32,000 nucleotides of DNA from Chloroflexota bacterium (GCA_965221905.1 OZ244922.1:3039504-3071503); one strand, 5' to 3'; counted from the stretch's first letter, positions 9,601 through 16,147 are shown. The notes: generated from the letters alone by a model not told the origin. A program made the numbers and translations.

Positions 9601-9785
9601 CGTTGACTGATGCAGAATATCAGCTATACCTCGCCTTCACCATTGATCCCTTTGGGGTTGTAGATCGGGTACCTGCAGCGCGGTTTCTTGTTAGTGAGGG
9701 TTCTATCGTAGCGTTCACCCCGCTACCGCAAATAGCGCTCCTGAGCTATGGTACGGAACACGTCGAGCCATTTATTTTAGAGTAG
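6627..9785 (+). CDS. Large polytopic membrane protein, paralog B of 3266-6424
   Basis: 1052-aa ORF. The homologous start is the second ATG at 6633, where nucleotide identity with paralog A begins. Same TM architecture as A; the C-terminal half is clearly homologous but much more diverged, by eye. Confidence 0.85.
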   Translation: MPMPYVDDALLLPLGTSLLLLLWLSFCGAVLVRFCCSIRSWTLLPPLGLAAGCAIFLVCANLLGKVGALPEGSGIAVLVGTVGTVPLAFGGAFLLLSALGIFASFQLRPHSWQLPSRRTLLAVCGYSLLALVLAYVCLAIRNQSYFYDFPTHLAFATTIARDNLPVRNPYSPVSPSGYHYGAALLVAALSRAAGLPAVTGYQLLAALQGAALLLLVFALGREAGKLFLWGLACLLAALSMGSLVLWRPFAALPPALSHLLGGNLSLDALLQFPSLRQYIELVYPIVSFSSDLHWLLIYPHRLAAFFTVAALAVLLVGPGRRRWGHTTMALSIAIAAAIALYDETMLPLALMALAWPLLSLRRNPQRLAIWLGGALAAIGLIALQGGSVSYALFGNAGTGSLLSLRSVPDAARSVTLTRVLPEGWLWILPPLPLAASALIFTWKRWWLGLMLCGFGFAGYLGFHIVDYQGAIGSGQWARVVNLSFLTLALVTPLAVARLLRDAQPWRTALVAFLLMPVFLPTLTQPAASIISDLRKEVTFHHPESPGLVYTPQITDPWVTRRLFENRDVYRDIAQVLPDDSVVLTQHPVSFVIATGLPAAYGSIDGITLYASHIYFPGPAFYDAFWRLDPAAWSSLGATAVLYHQRMYYSLPQSARELLETDGWFLRRNDDRQLLLFTPTEAFLQYGPTPANTLSALMTLLPSTDTLYLSTDLPFGMGQALVRKLKDRPTVGLGPENRVHQWITVNRPVWLTEAEATWHVRKDSEVRLSGTLPEAALWHWRAPSESVGVYPNDTIPAFSPRLLAAGQSLRLHASRQDLVLEDGPTVTSPVQFRSLSLVLAGHPGSVVQVCGPTGCAQRDLGGGTWVIGLPLNADLSQFTLSAVQGEAFIAGTLGFSEHLTAVRAPGVVLRSRQTGNTIEVDANYFNRQGWTQGDGVAWHLVKAKTSKGEGGLWWPSQLIIHGERGDVRLTLDPSGTFAEYNFTTPPSLNQVEALTDAEYQLYLAFTIDPFGVVDRVPAARFLVSEGSIVAFTPLPQIALLSYGTEHVEPFILE
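6633..7621 (+). repeat. 989-bp direct repeat, copy 2
   Basis: Identical to 3266-4254 at a 3367-bp offset. Confidence 0.9.
7893..8173 (+). repeat. 281-bp near-identical block, copy 2
   Basis: Matches 4526-4806 with one observed mismatch. Confidence 0.8.
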
Positions 9786-10030
9786 TAACATTTTTGAACG
9801 GCAAGTGCCACGCAAGTAAGCGCCCGAGCTCTTCACTGGTGCCCATCGCAATTGCAACGAAGGAGCGAAGCAAAGGCATACCCAGGTTCGCCCAATGCCC
9901 AGATTTTACAACTGCATTCGCGCCAGATACCTAGCTCAATTGGGAGTGGTGGACGGCACTGACCGACTGTGTGCGCGGACAGGCGTGCATCCACGCCGTG
10001 GCCGAGACTAATACGGTAAAATCCATGTGT

Positions 10031-10060
10031 TTGAGCGGCCTTCGCTCGCCGGATTAAGAT
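10031..10060 (+). promoter_or_regulatory. Possible sigma70-type promoter for the CinA-like operon
   Basis: TTGAGC (10031-10036) - 18 nt - TAAGAT (10055-10060), 28 nt before the GTG at 10088. Pattern match only. Confidence 0.3.
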
Positions 10061-10087
10061 ACCCTCATCTGGGAGTAAGATCACTCT

Positions 10088-10582
10088 GTGACACCCTCAC
10101 AACTCATGGGCCTGCTCCACCGGCACATCGCGGCGGGCCTTGCCTCCCGGAATGAGACACTCGCGTGCGTTGAAATCGGAAGCGGCGGGCAGGTCTCCTC
10201 CTTCCTTACGTCAGAGCCGGGAAGTTCAGCCTTCTTCGCCGGCGCACTGATACTTACTGCGGATGCTTCCGTTTGGCCCCGGTCAATCATGGGCCGCTGC
10301 GGCTGGCGACATGACCCGTTGGAGAGTCTCGATCGCTTGTGCGGGCTTGCTGCAATTGCACAAAGTGAGTTTGGCGCGGATTGGGGACTTGCGGTGGTTT
10401 GCAAGGCTGCTGCAGCCCGGCACCCCGCGCATTTCGCGCTGCGTTCCCCAAGTGGCAATGCAACCCTTGAGACCGCGTTACTTTCGGAGGAAGTGCTGCA
10501 ATTTGGCGGGGCACAACTGGTACATTACGTCCTACAGCACGTGGCAGAGCGCCTAACAGACTACCGTGAGGATCCACCATGA
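10088..10582 (+). CDS. CinA C-terminal-domain (PncC-like) family protein, divergent
   Basis: ETLACVEIGSGGQVSSFLTSEPGSSAFFAGALIL corresponds to the CinA/PncC signature TLATAESCTGG....LT..PGSS..F.GG.V.Y, but SCTGG is replaced by IGSGG. GTG start; an ATG at 10106 is an alternative. Confidence 0.7.
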   Translation: MTPSQLMGLLHRHIAAGLASRNETLACVEIGSGGQVSSFLTSEPGSSAFFAGALILTADASVWPRSIMGRCGWRHDPLESLDRLCGLAAIAQSEFGADWGLAVVCKAAAARHPAHFALRSPSGNATLETALLSEEVLQFGGAQLVHYVLQHVAERLTDYREDPP

Positions 10583-10851
10583 TGCGCGCCCCCCATGATC
10601 GCGCCGCACTCCTACTGCAAGTCGAAACCTACGACCTACAGGGAGTCGATCACTACAAACTAATGCTCGTCTGGCGAGAGGACCGTCACACCATTCACGA
10701 AGTGCATCTTCCTGCGGATTCGGTCTACGCCGACCCCCAAGCCGGACACCGCATAGCAATCACGTACTTAATGGATACGCCCCTGCGTGTCAAACCCCTT
10801 TCAGATCCTCCAACCGACGTTTCCCCTAACAACTCGGATGCGCAAGTATAG
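10579..10851 (+). CDS. Hypothetical protein (90 aa), translationally coupled to the CinA-like gene
   Basis: Its ATG overlaps the upstream TGA in an ATGA arrangement (10579-10582). No recognisable family. Confidence 0.45.
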   Translation: MMRAPHDRAALLLQVETYDLQGVDHYKLMLVWREDRHTIHEVHLPADSVYADPQAGHRIAITYLMDTPLRVKPLSDPPTDVSPNNSDAQV

Positions 10852-10948
10852 GCGGGTTCGGTACTATAGCAAGAGAGTTTTAGTATTTGCTGGAAGGCGC
10901 AGGCAGTGCTCTAGACTCTGGCAACCCGCCGCTAACCAAGGAGCAAGT

Positions 10949-12079
10949 ATGCCGACAATAGAGAACGTAGAAGTTTTCTCATTTACCCTCCCTTTCAAGG
11001 GACTGTTCCGCACGTCGCGGGGGACCGTGGGCAGTGCCGCAACCGGACGTCCCATCGTGTTGACGAAACTGACCGCCAGTGACGGCACCGTCGGGTGGGG
11101 TGAAGGTTCGCCTTCCCACACGTGGTCGCCGGAGACTCGCGAATCGGTGGTGAGTGTACTCAATGATCACTTCGTTCCCGCTGTGATCGGCAAGCCGCTC
11201 GCCGATCTCGATGGCCTTCATCAAGCCATGAATGGCGCGATCGCACCCCTCTGGGGCCTGAGCATGCCAATTGCCCGCGCCGCGATTGATGTTGCGGCCC
11301 ACGATGCCCTGGCGCGGCACTACGGCGCGCCCCTCTCCGACCTGCTCGCGCACCGCCGAGCGGACCGCATTCGCCTGAGCTGGACCGTGACCGGAAGCAC
11401 CCCGGCTGAAGTGGAAGAAAGTCTGCGCGAGGCTGAAGAGCGCGGCTATCGAAGCTGCAATGTCAAGGTAGGTGGCTCCATGGAATGGGACCTTCAACTC
11501 TGTGCCTTGGTGCGGAGCGCCTTTCCCGAAGGCTTTCTTTGGGCCGACGCCAATGGCGGCTTTCCGCCTCATGAGGCGCGCCAGCGGATGCATGCGCTCG
11601 TAGACACAGGCGTTGCACTGCTCGAACAGCCCGTTGCGCCGGACCGTCCCGACGTTGCAGCGCGCATTACGGCAGAATCGCCAATTCCCGTGGCGCTGGA
11701 TGAGTCCATTTCCGGGCCGGTACCGTTGCTCACCATGATCAAGCAAGAAGCGCTCACAGCCTACACGTTCAAGGTCACGCGCACCGGCGGACTTTGGCCG
11801 TCCCGAATCTGTGCGTCGCTTGCGGACGCCGCCGGGCTGATGCTGGTGTGCAGCGGCCTTACCGAGTGCAGCGTGGCGTTCGCCGCCAGCGTCCATCTTG
11901 CCGCGGCATGGGGCATAGTGCACCCGTGCGCGCTAAACGGCCCACAGTTTCTCACCGACGACGTGGCAGCCAAGACCCTCCCCCGTGAGGGCGACGCGGT
12001 GCTCGTCACCGATGATCCGGGACTTGGTATCGAAGTAGACGAGGACAAAGTCCGGCATTTTGCCGCGCAGGAGGCTTGA
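10949..12079 (+). CDS. Enolase-superfamily enzyme, mandelate racemase / muconate-lactonizing subgroup (dipeptide-epimerase-like)
   Basis: ATG at 10949 with AAGGAG 6 nt upstream. N-terminal capping domain IENVEVFSFTLPF. KxK motif (CNVKVGG), metal ligands in WADANGG / LEQP / ALDES, and a second Lys in FKVTRTGG. The ORF-track extension back to 10787 is non-homologous. Confidence 0.9.
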   Translation: MPTIENVEVFSFTLPFKGLFRTSRGTVGSAATGRPIVLTKLTASDGTVGWGEGSPSHTWSPETRESVVSVLNDHFVPAVIGKPLADLDGLHQAMNGAIAPLWGLSMPIARAAIDVAAHDALARHYGAPLSDLLAHRRADRIRLSWTVTGSTPAEVEESLREAEERGYRSCNVKVGGSMEWDLQLCALVRSAFPEGFLWADANGGFPPHEARQRMHALVDTGVALLEQPVAPDRPDVAARITAESPIPVALDESISGPVPLLTMIKQEALTAYTFKVTRTGGLWPSRICASLADAAGLMLVCSGLTECSVAFAASVHLAAAWGIVHPCALNGPQFLTDDVAAKTLPREGDAVLVTDDPGLGIEVDEDKVRHFAAQEA

Positions 12080-12084
12080 CCGAC

Positions 12085-13095
12085 ATGACTGGGCAAGACC
12101 CTATTCGTACTATTCACGTTGGTGTCGGCCGCCGCGGCCGCTGGCCGCTGGAAGTGCTTACCGCCGATCCGCGATTTCGGCCCGTGGCCCTAGTCGACGT
12201 TTCCCCCGATTTGCTCGCGGAGGCGCAGGCGCTTACGGGACTCGATGAGTCAGTTTCGTTTTCGCATCTGGAAATAGCACTCGCAACCGTGCAGGCCGAC
12301 GCCGTCATCATCTGTACACCCACGGCTTTCCACGCCCCTTTGGCGAGGCTGGCGTTTGATGCGGGCAAGCACGTGCTGGTTGAAAAAGGCATGACGACCA
12401 ATTGGCAAGATGCAGTGGGTCTCGTAGCCGAGGCGGATCGCGCGGGCGTAAAGTTCTGCGTCTCGCAGAATTACCGCTATCGGCCTGAGGTGCTTACCCT
12501 GAAATCCGCTATCGAAAGCGGCGACCACGGTACGCCGCATCTCATCGACCTGGTTCATCACCGCTTCCGGCCCACGCCCCGCACGCTGGACTATCCCTTT
12601 GCCATGGTTTGGGACATGAGCGTGCACCATCTGGATAACCTGGTCTTCTGCTTTGGGCCGGTTGCTGAAGCCACGGCAAGGAGTTTCACTGCGCCCTGGT
12701 CGCAGTACTCCCACGACGCGGGCATCTCTGCGGTGCTGCACTTTGCAAGCGGGCCCGTTGCCACGTACGCCATGACTCACATCGCCAGCTACAACGACTA
12801 TCGCTTTGTGGTGCAGAGCGCCGAAGGCGTGTTGGCCTGGGACGGTGCCGACTGGCAATGGCAGGAAACACCTGCGTTGGATTTCGGCAAGGCGCAGCCG
12901 CCCCGGGCGGTACCCCACGCGCCGGCGCCACATCGAAGCGAGCAGGGCGTTATCGACGACCTCTACCGGTACATCGTGGATGGCATCGAGCCCGGCATCA
13001 GCGGGCGCAATAACCTGGAAATTCTCCGCGCCTGCGAGATGCTCTGCCGCTCAAGCCAAGAACAGGGCACCGTGCACAGAGATGAGGTAAGTTAG
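12085..13095 (+). CDS. Gfo/Idh/MocA-family NAD(P)-dependent oxidoreductase
   Basis: IHVGVGRRGRWPLEVL Rossmann start, ADAVIICTPTAFHAPLA and AGKHVLVEKGM (EKP-like motif). AGGAGG lies 10 nt upstream of the ATG at 12085. A TTG at 12076 overlaps the upstream stop. Confidence 0.9.
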   Translation: MTGQDPIRTIHVGVGRRGRWPLEVLTADPRFRPVALVDVSPDLLAEAQALTGLDESVSFSHLEIALATVQADAVIICTPTAFHAPLARLAFDAGKHVLVEKGMTTNWQDAVGLVAEADRAGVKFCVSQNYRYRPEVLTLKSAIESGDHGTPHLIDLVHHRFRPTPRTLDYPFAMVWDMSVHHLDNLVFCFGPVAEATARSFTAPWSQYSHDAGISAVLHFASGPVATYAMTHIASYNDYRFVVQSAEGVLAWDGADWQWQETPALDFGKAQPPRAVPHAPAPHRSEQGVIDDLYRYIVDGIEPGISGRNNLEILRACEMLCRSSQEQGTVHRDEVS

Positions 13096-13222
13096 CGATT
13101 TGCAGAGGGGCGCTACCGCGTTGGGTTGAGAGGTAGACCACACTGCTTAGCACAATGACTTAGAATCAAATACAATACGCCGGTCGTAATCGTAGAAAAG
13201 CAATCGACGGTATCGATTTGTA

Positions 13223-13813
13223 ATGAAAACTCGCTTTTTAGTATTGTTGGCAGCGCTCATAGCAGTCATGGCTTGCGAATCCCCGGCTGAATCCACTCTG
13301 GTTTACACGCCGGAGCGGCAGCCTACGGTTGCTCCATCGGCCACGCCTCAAAACGCGATCCCAACTCCATCTCCTGAGAGCCTCATCATGCTGCGGGATC
13401 CGCTCGACGAGCCGGAATTCTATTGCGTAGACGTTGCGGGCTTTGGCAACAATCTAAATCTGAACAGTCCGCTCCAGGCCCACACGTGCAAGCCAGGGGC
13501 CGACGACGAACTCTTCATCTTCAACCATCCCACACCAGGTCAGTTCTACATGGACGCTTACGCTGTCTGTCTCGAGGCGGCGGAAGGCTTGCTCTACGTG
13601 CGAGCATGCTCGGAATCACCAAACCAACGATTCGTCTTGAGCGACGACGGCGCAATTCGTTTGGGTGACTCCGATCTATGCCTCGCGGTCAAGTCCGGTG
13701 ACGGTCAGCCCGCAGGCGGCAGATCGCACGTGCGCCGCGACTTGCTGCTGCAAAGCTGCGCCGACGCGGAGCAGAGCCTCACCCGTTGGTCACTGCCGGG
13801 ACCGAGTCCTTAG
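13223..13813 (+). CDS. Secreted lipoprotein, possible ricin-type beta-trefoil (lectin-like) domain
   Basis: Signal peptide MKTRFLVLLAALIAVMAC with a lipobox Cys, followed by a Pro/Thr/Ser linker. A Cys-rich region of about 130 aa has QxW-like repeats (NQRFVL, LTRWSL) and paired cysteines. Confidence 0.7.
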   Translation: MKTRFLVLLAALIAVMACESPAESTLVYTPERQPTVAPSATPQNAIPTPSPESLIMLRDPLDEPEFYCVDVAGFGNNLNLNSPLQAHTCKPGADDELFIFNHPTPGQFYMDAYAVCLEAAEGLLYVRACSESPNQRFVLSDDGAIRLGDSDLCLAVKSGDGQPAGGRSHVRRDLLLQSCADAEQSLTRWSLPGPSP

Positions 13814-13855
13814 CAGCAATTCTTACCCTGCTTGCCGGCCCCGCACTTTCCCAAG

Positions 13856-13876
13856 TACTCACCGGCGTGGTGAGTA
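13856..13876 (+). other. 8-bp hairpin 43 nt after the lipoprotein stop (possible terminator without a U-tract)
   Basis: tactcacc (13856-13863) - ggcgt - ggtgagta (13869-13876). Confidence 0.3.
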
Positions 13877-13983
13877 ACGCGCCCAATCTGAGTGAATTGC
13901 GCCGCGGAATTAGTAGATTTAGGCTTACATGGGTCACATGCAAGACACGTGGCCGTACCCAGGCCAAAGCCAGATTCTCAAAC

Positions 13984-14075
13984 TGTCATTCCGAGGAGCG
14001 CAGCGACGAGGAATCTAGAGTCAGGAGCTTTCTAAATTCCTTGAACTCTGGTTCGCCGCTACGCTCGGAATGACA
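13984..14075. repeat. REP/MITE-like palindromic element
   Basis: 12-bp terminal inverted repeats tgtcattccgag (13984-13995) / ctcggaatgaca (14064-14075) flank 68 bp. The gtcattcc.../...ggaatgac motif recurs at 28180-28190 and, degenerate, at about 21976-21986. Confidence 0.45.
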
Positions 14076-14135
14076 AGAACCGCTGCCTCGCAAAAGCTTC
14101 AAGCCTATATCTACTAATTCCGTTGCGCCGCTAGT

Positions 14136-14165
14136 TTGACACGCTCATTTGCCGCCTGTTATCAT
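14136..14165 (+). promoter_or_regulatory. Sigma70-like promoter upstream of the aroF leader
   Basis: TTGACA (14136-14141) - 18 nt - TATCAT (14160-14165). Pattern match only. Confidence 0.35.
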
Positions 14166-14220
14166 GCCTCAGTATTTGCAGCGTGCCATGCACGCTTGGC
14201 AGTGCAACAAAGGAATTAGT

Positions 14221-14280
14221 GTGGTAGTCGCAGCTCTCAACTATTATTATCTGTTTATTGAGCCGGAGGGTCCGGCTTAA
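14221..14280 (+). CDS. Candidate leader peptide MVVAALNYYYLFIEPEGPA (19 aa) with a Tyr-Tyr-Tyr-Leu-Phe run
   Basis: GTG at 14221 with AAAGGA 6 nt upstream. TAT TAT TAT CTG TTT at 14242-14256 and TAA at 14278-14280. In-frame ATGs at 14188 and 14164 would give 30- and 38-aa versions. The ORF is too short to appear in the ORF track. Confidence 0.35.
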   Translation: MVVAALNYYYLFIEPEGPA

Positions 14281-14337
14281 GCAGATTTGCTTTGTCCCAG
14301 CGGACAATACGAGAGCAGACGACACCCTCCGGCGATA

Positions 14338-14370
14338 GCAGAAAGTGAAAGACTTTCTGCTTTTTCTTTT
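14338..14370 (+). terminator. Canonical intrinsic terminator inside the aroF 5' leader (attenuator candidate)
   Basis: gcagaaagt (14338-14346) - gaaag - actttctgc (14352-14360), followed by tttttctttt (14361-14370). The T-tract is on the plus strand only. It lies 145 nt upstream of the aroF ATG. Confidence 0.6.
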
Positions 14371-14515
14371 ATAGAAGGGAGTAGGTGGCAGCATAGATTC
14401 GCTAGAGCGACAACCACCGCGGAACCAGTTGTCAAAGACGTTGTGCATATAAGGCAGCCTCACACAACGAAGGCGCAATGCAGCAACTATGCAAAGGAAT
14501 GAAAGGTAGAGCGAC

Positions 14516-15565
14516 ATGATTGTGATAATGCGACCCGAAGCAACACCGGAGCAGATCGCTGCCGTACGCCAGCGCATTGAAGACGAGGGCTTGGAGTCGA
14601 CCGTCAGCCAAGGTGTTAATAAGGCAGTGATCGGCCTCATCGGCAAACGTCCTCCCGGCATGTTGGAGCGCGTACAGGTGCTGCCGGGAGTGGAGATGGT
14701 CATTCCGGTTGACAAGCCGTACAAGTTCGCAGCCCGGGGTGAGGGCGGCGATGATACGCAAATTCGCGTTGGCAACGTGACCATCGGCAGCAATGAAATT
14801 GCCGTGATTGGCGGTCCGTGCAGCGTGGAGAGTGAGGAGCAAATCGTCGCTACGGCAGAGGCCGTGAAGGAAGCGGGCGGGCACATCCTGCGGGGCGGCG
14901 CCTTCAAGCCGCGCTCCTCTCCATACAGCTTCCAAGGCAAGGGCAGAGAGGGCCTGGAGCTACTCCGCACTGCCGCAAATGCCACCGGTCTGCCCCTCAT
15001 TACGGAGGTCATGGAACCCGGTAGAGTGCCGCTGGTAGCCGAATACGTCGATATCCTGCAGATCGGCACCCGCAACATGCAAAACTTCCCCCTGCTGCAA
15101 GCTGTCGGCAACACCGATAAACCGGTGCTGCTCAAACGCGGCATGGCGGCAACCATCGAAGACTTGCTGATGTCCGCGGAATACATTATGGCCGCCGGTA
15201 ATATGCGCGTGATCCTCTGCGAGCGGGGCATTCGCACCTTTGAAACGGCCACCCGCAACACACTAGACCTGAGTGCCATACCGGTGATAAAAGAACAATC
15301 TCATCTGCCGGTGATCGTCGATCCCAGTCATGCCACGGGTATGTGGGAGCTGGTAAAGCCGATGTCGCTAGCTGCTGTCGCCGCCGGAGCTGACGGTGTG
15401 ATGATTGAGGTGCACCCACATCCGGAGCTGGCGCTTTCAGACGGGCCCCAGAGCGTCACACCGGCACGTTTCTTCGACATCATGGATGCCATTCGCAAAG
15501 TGGCGGCCTCGGTAGGTCGGGAAGTACCCGCCGCCACAGCCGAGATGGAAGCCGCCACCCCGTAA
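14516..15565 (+). CDS. aroF: 3-deoxy-7-phosphoheptulonate (DAHP) synthase, type I-beta, with an N-terminal ferredoxin-like regulatory domain
   Basis: The catalytic core [43 protein letters not shown] and VDPSH matches KDO8PS-like type I-beta DAHPS. An extra domain of about 75 aa ([26 protein letters not shown]...) resembles the one in the Thermotoga-type enzyme. Confidence 0.95.
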   Translation: MIVIMRPEATPEQIAAVRQRIEDEGLESTVSQGVNKAVIGLIGKRPPGMLERVQVLPGVEMVIPVDKPYKFAARGEGGDDTQIRVGNVTIGSNEIAVIGGPCSVESEEQIVATAEAVKEAGGHILRGGAFKPRSSPYSFQGKGREGLELLRTAANATGLPLITEVMEPGRVPLVAEYVDILQIGTRNMQNFPLLQAVGNTDKPVLLKRGMAATIEDLLMSAEYIMAAGNMRVILCERGIRTFETATRNTLDLSAIPVIKEQSHLPVIVDPSHATGMWELVKPMSLAAVAAGADGVMIEVHPHPELALSDGPQSVTPARFFDIMDAIRKVAASVGREVPAATAEMEAATP

Positions 15566-15580
15566 CCGGAACACGCATGC

Positions 15581-16147
15581 TTGCATGGGAAGAAAAACGT
15601 GAACGCCTGGGTGCAGATGATAGCGGAGGACAAAGCAGAGGGTCAGTTACGCGCGGTCTACCAAGAGCTTCTCGGTGAAGGAAGGCAGGGCAATGTCCCT
15701 GACTTCCTTCGTTTGCACAGCCTCGTGCCCGGCGCGATTGCTCCGCTGGCCCAACTACACAGAGCCATAGCGTATGGCCCTGGCGAATTGTCGCGCGTAC
15801 AACGCGAGTTGATCGCCACAGTGGTGTCAGTCATAAACGGCTGCGCACTCTGCCAGGAACTCCATAGCCGCCTGCTTCTCCATCGCACACGTGACGAAGC
15901 GCTCGTGGCGCAAGTCCTACGCGACTTTCGCAGCGCGCCGCTCTCGGCGGCGGACCGCGCATTGCTAGAGTATGCGGCAAAGCTCACGACTTCACCGGCC
16001 GCCGTAACCCAGGAAGACGTTGGCCGCCTGCGCCGGATCGGCTTTAGCGACGCAGCTATCGTCGAGACGGCTACGCAAACCGCACTCTTCAATTACCTGA
16101 ATCGCGTCATTCAAGGTCTCGGTCTTGGAGAACCTGCCCTACCATGA
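15581..16147 (+). CDS. AhpD/carboxymuconolactone-decarboxylase (CMD) family protein, peroxidase-related subgroup
   Basis: CxxCxxxH motif present as CALCQELH, and an overall all-helical AhpD-like pattern (EDKAEGQLRAVY..., LSRVQRELIATVVSVINGC). The start is uncertain: TTG 15581, GTG 15599 or ATG 15617. The stop overlaps the aroA ATG (ATGA at 16144-16147). Confidence 0.8.
   Translation: MHGKKNVNAWVQMIAEDKAEGQLRAVYQELLGEGRQGNVPDFLRLHSLVPGAIAPLAQLHRAIAYGPGELSRVQRELIATVVSVINGCALCQELHSRLLLHRTRDEALVAQVLRDFRSAPLSAADRALLEYAAKLTTSPAAVTQEDVGRLRRIGFSDAAIVETATQTALFNYLNRVIQGLGLGEPALP

Noticed and set aside
3266-9785. Diversity-generating retroelement (template/variable repeat) as the explanation for the identical and variable paralog segments
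   Set aside because: The window has no reverse transcriptase or accessory gene. The differences I inspected (T>A, A>G, T>C, C>T at 4255-4300) are not adenine-specific. The variable regions are far longer than DGR variable repeats.
9786-10087. tRNA or other small RNA gene in the gap after paralog B (also scanned window-wide for T-loop GGTTCGAATCC-type motifs on both strands)
   Set aside because: No cloverleaf-compatible sequence or T-loop consensus was found. The 83-aa ORF at 9833-10084 is Cys/Arg-rich and unconvincing. The gap most likely holds only the CinA-operon promoter.
10787-10948. N-terminal extension of the enolase-superfamily ORF (430-aa version)
   Set aside because: The extension overlaps the preceding small gene, is basic and low-complexity, and has no counterpart in the family. 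An ATG at 10949 with a perfect AAGGAG gives the canonical N-terminus.
10979-11923. 314-aa minus-strand ORF, plus similar ones at 12250-12933, 865-1266, 5756-6397 and 8990-9506
   Set aside because: All lie antisense to or out of frame within genes that have strong family signatures, and none has a recognisable motif. The duplicated copies inside the two paralogs simply mirror the nucleotide repeat.
14385-14430. T-box riboswitch in the aroF leader (GGUGGCA at about 14385-14391 and ACCGCGG at about 14415-14421 resemble parts of the T-box consensus)
   Set aside because: The two pieces are separated and lie downstream of the terminator hairpin rather than overlapping its 5' arm. I could not identify a Stem I or specifier-loop architecture, and the following helix (cgttgtg...cacaacg, 14440-14471) has no U-tract.
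14131-15279. 382-aa ORF on the minus strand
   Set aside because: It is entirely antisense to the aroF leader and the unambiguous DAHP synthase gene. The product is Ser/Arg/Pro-rich and low-complexity, as is typical of shadow ORFs in GC-rich DNA.
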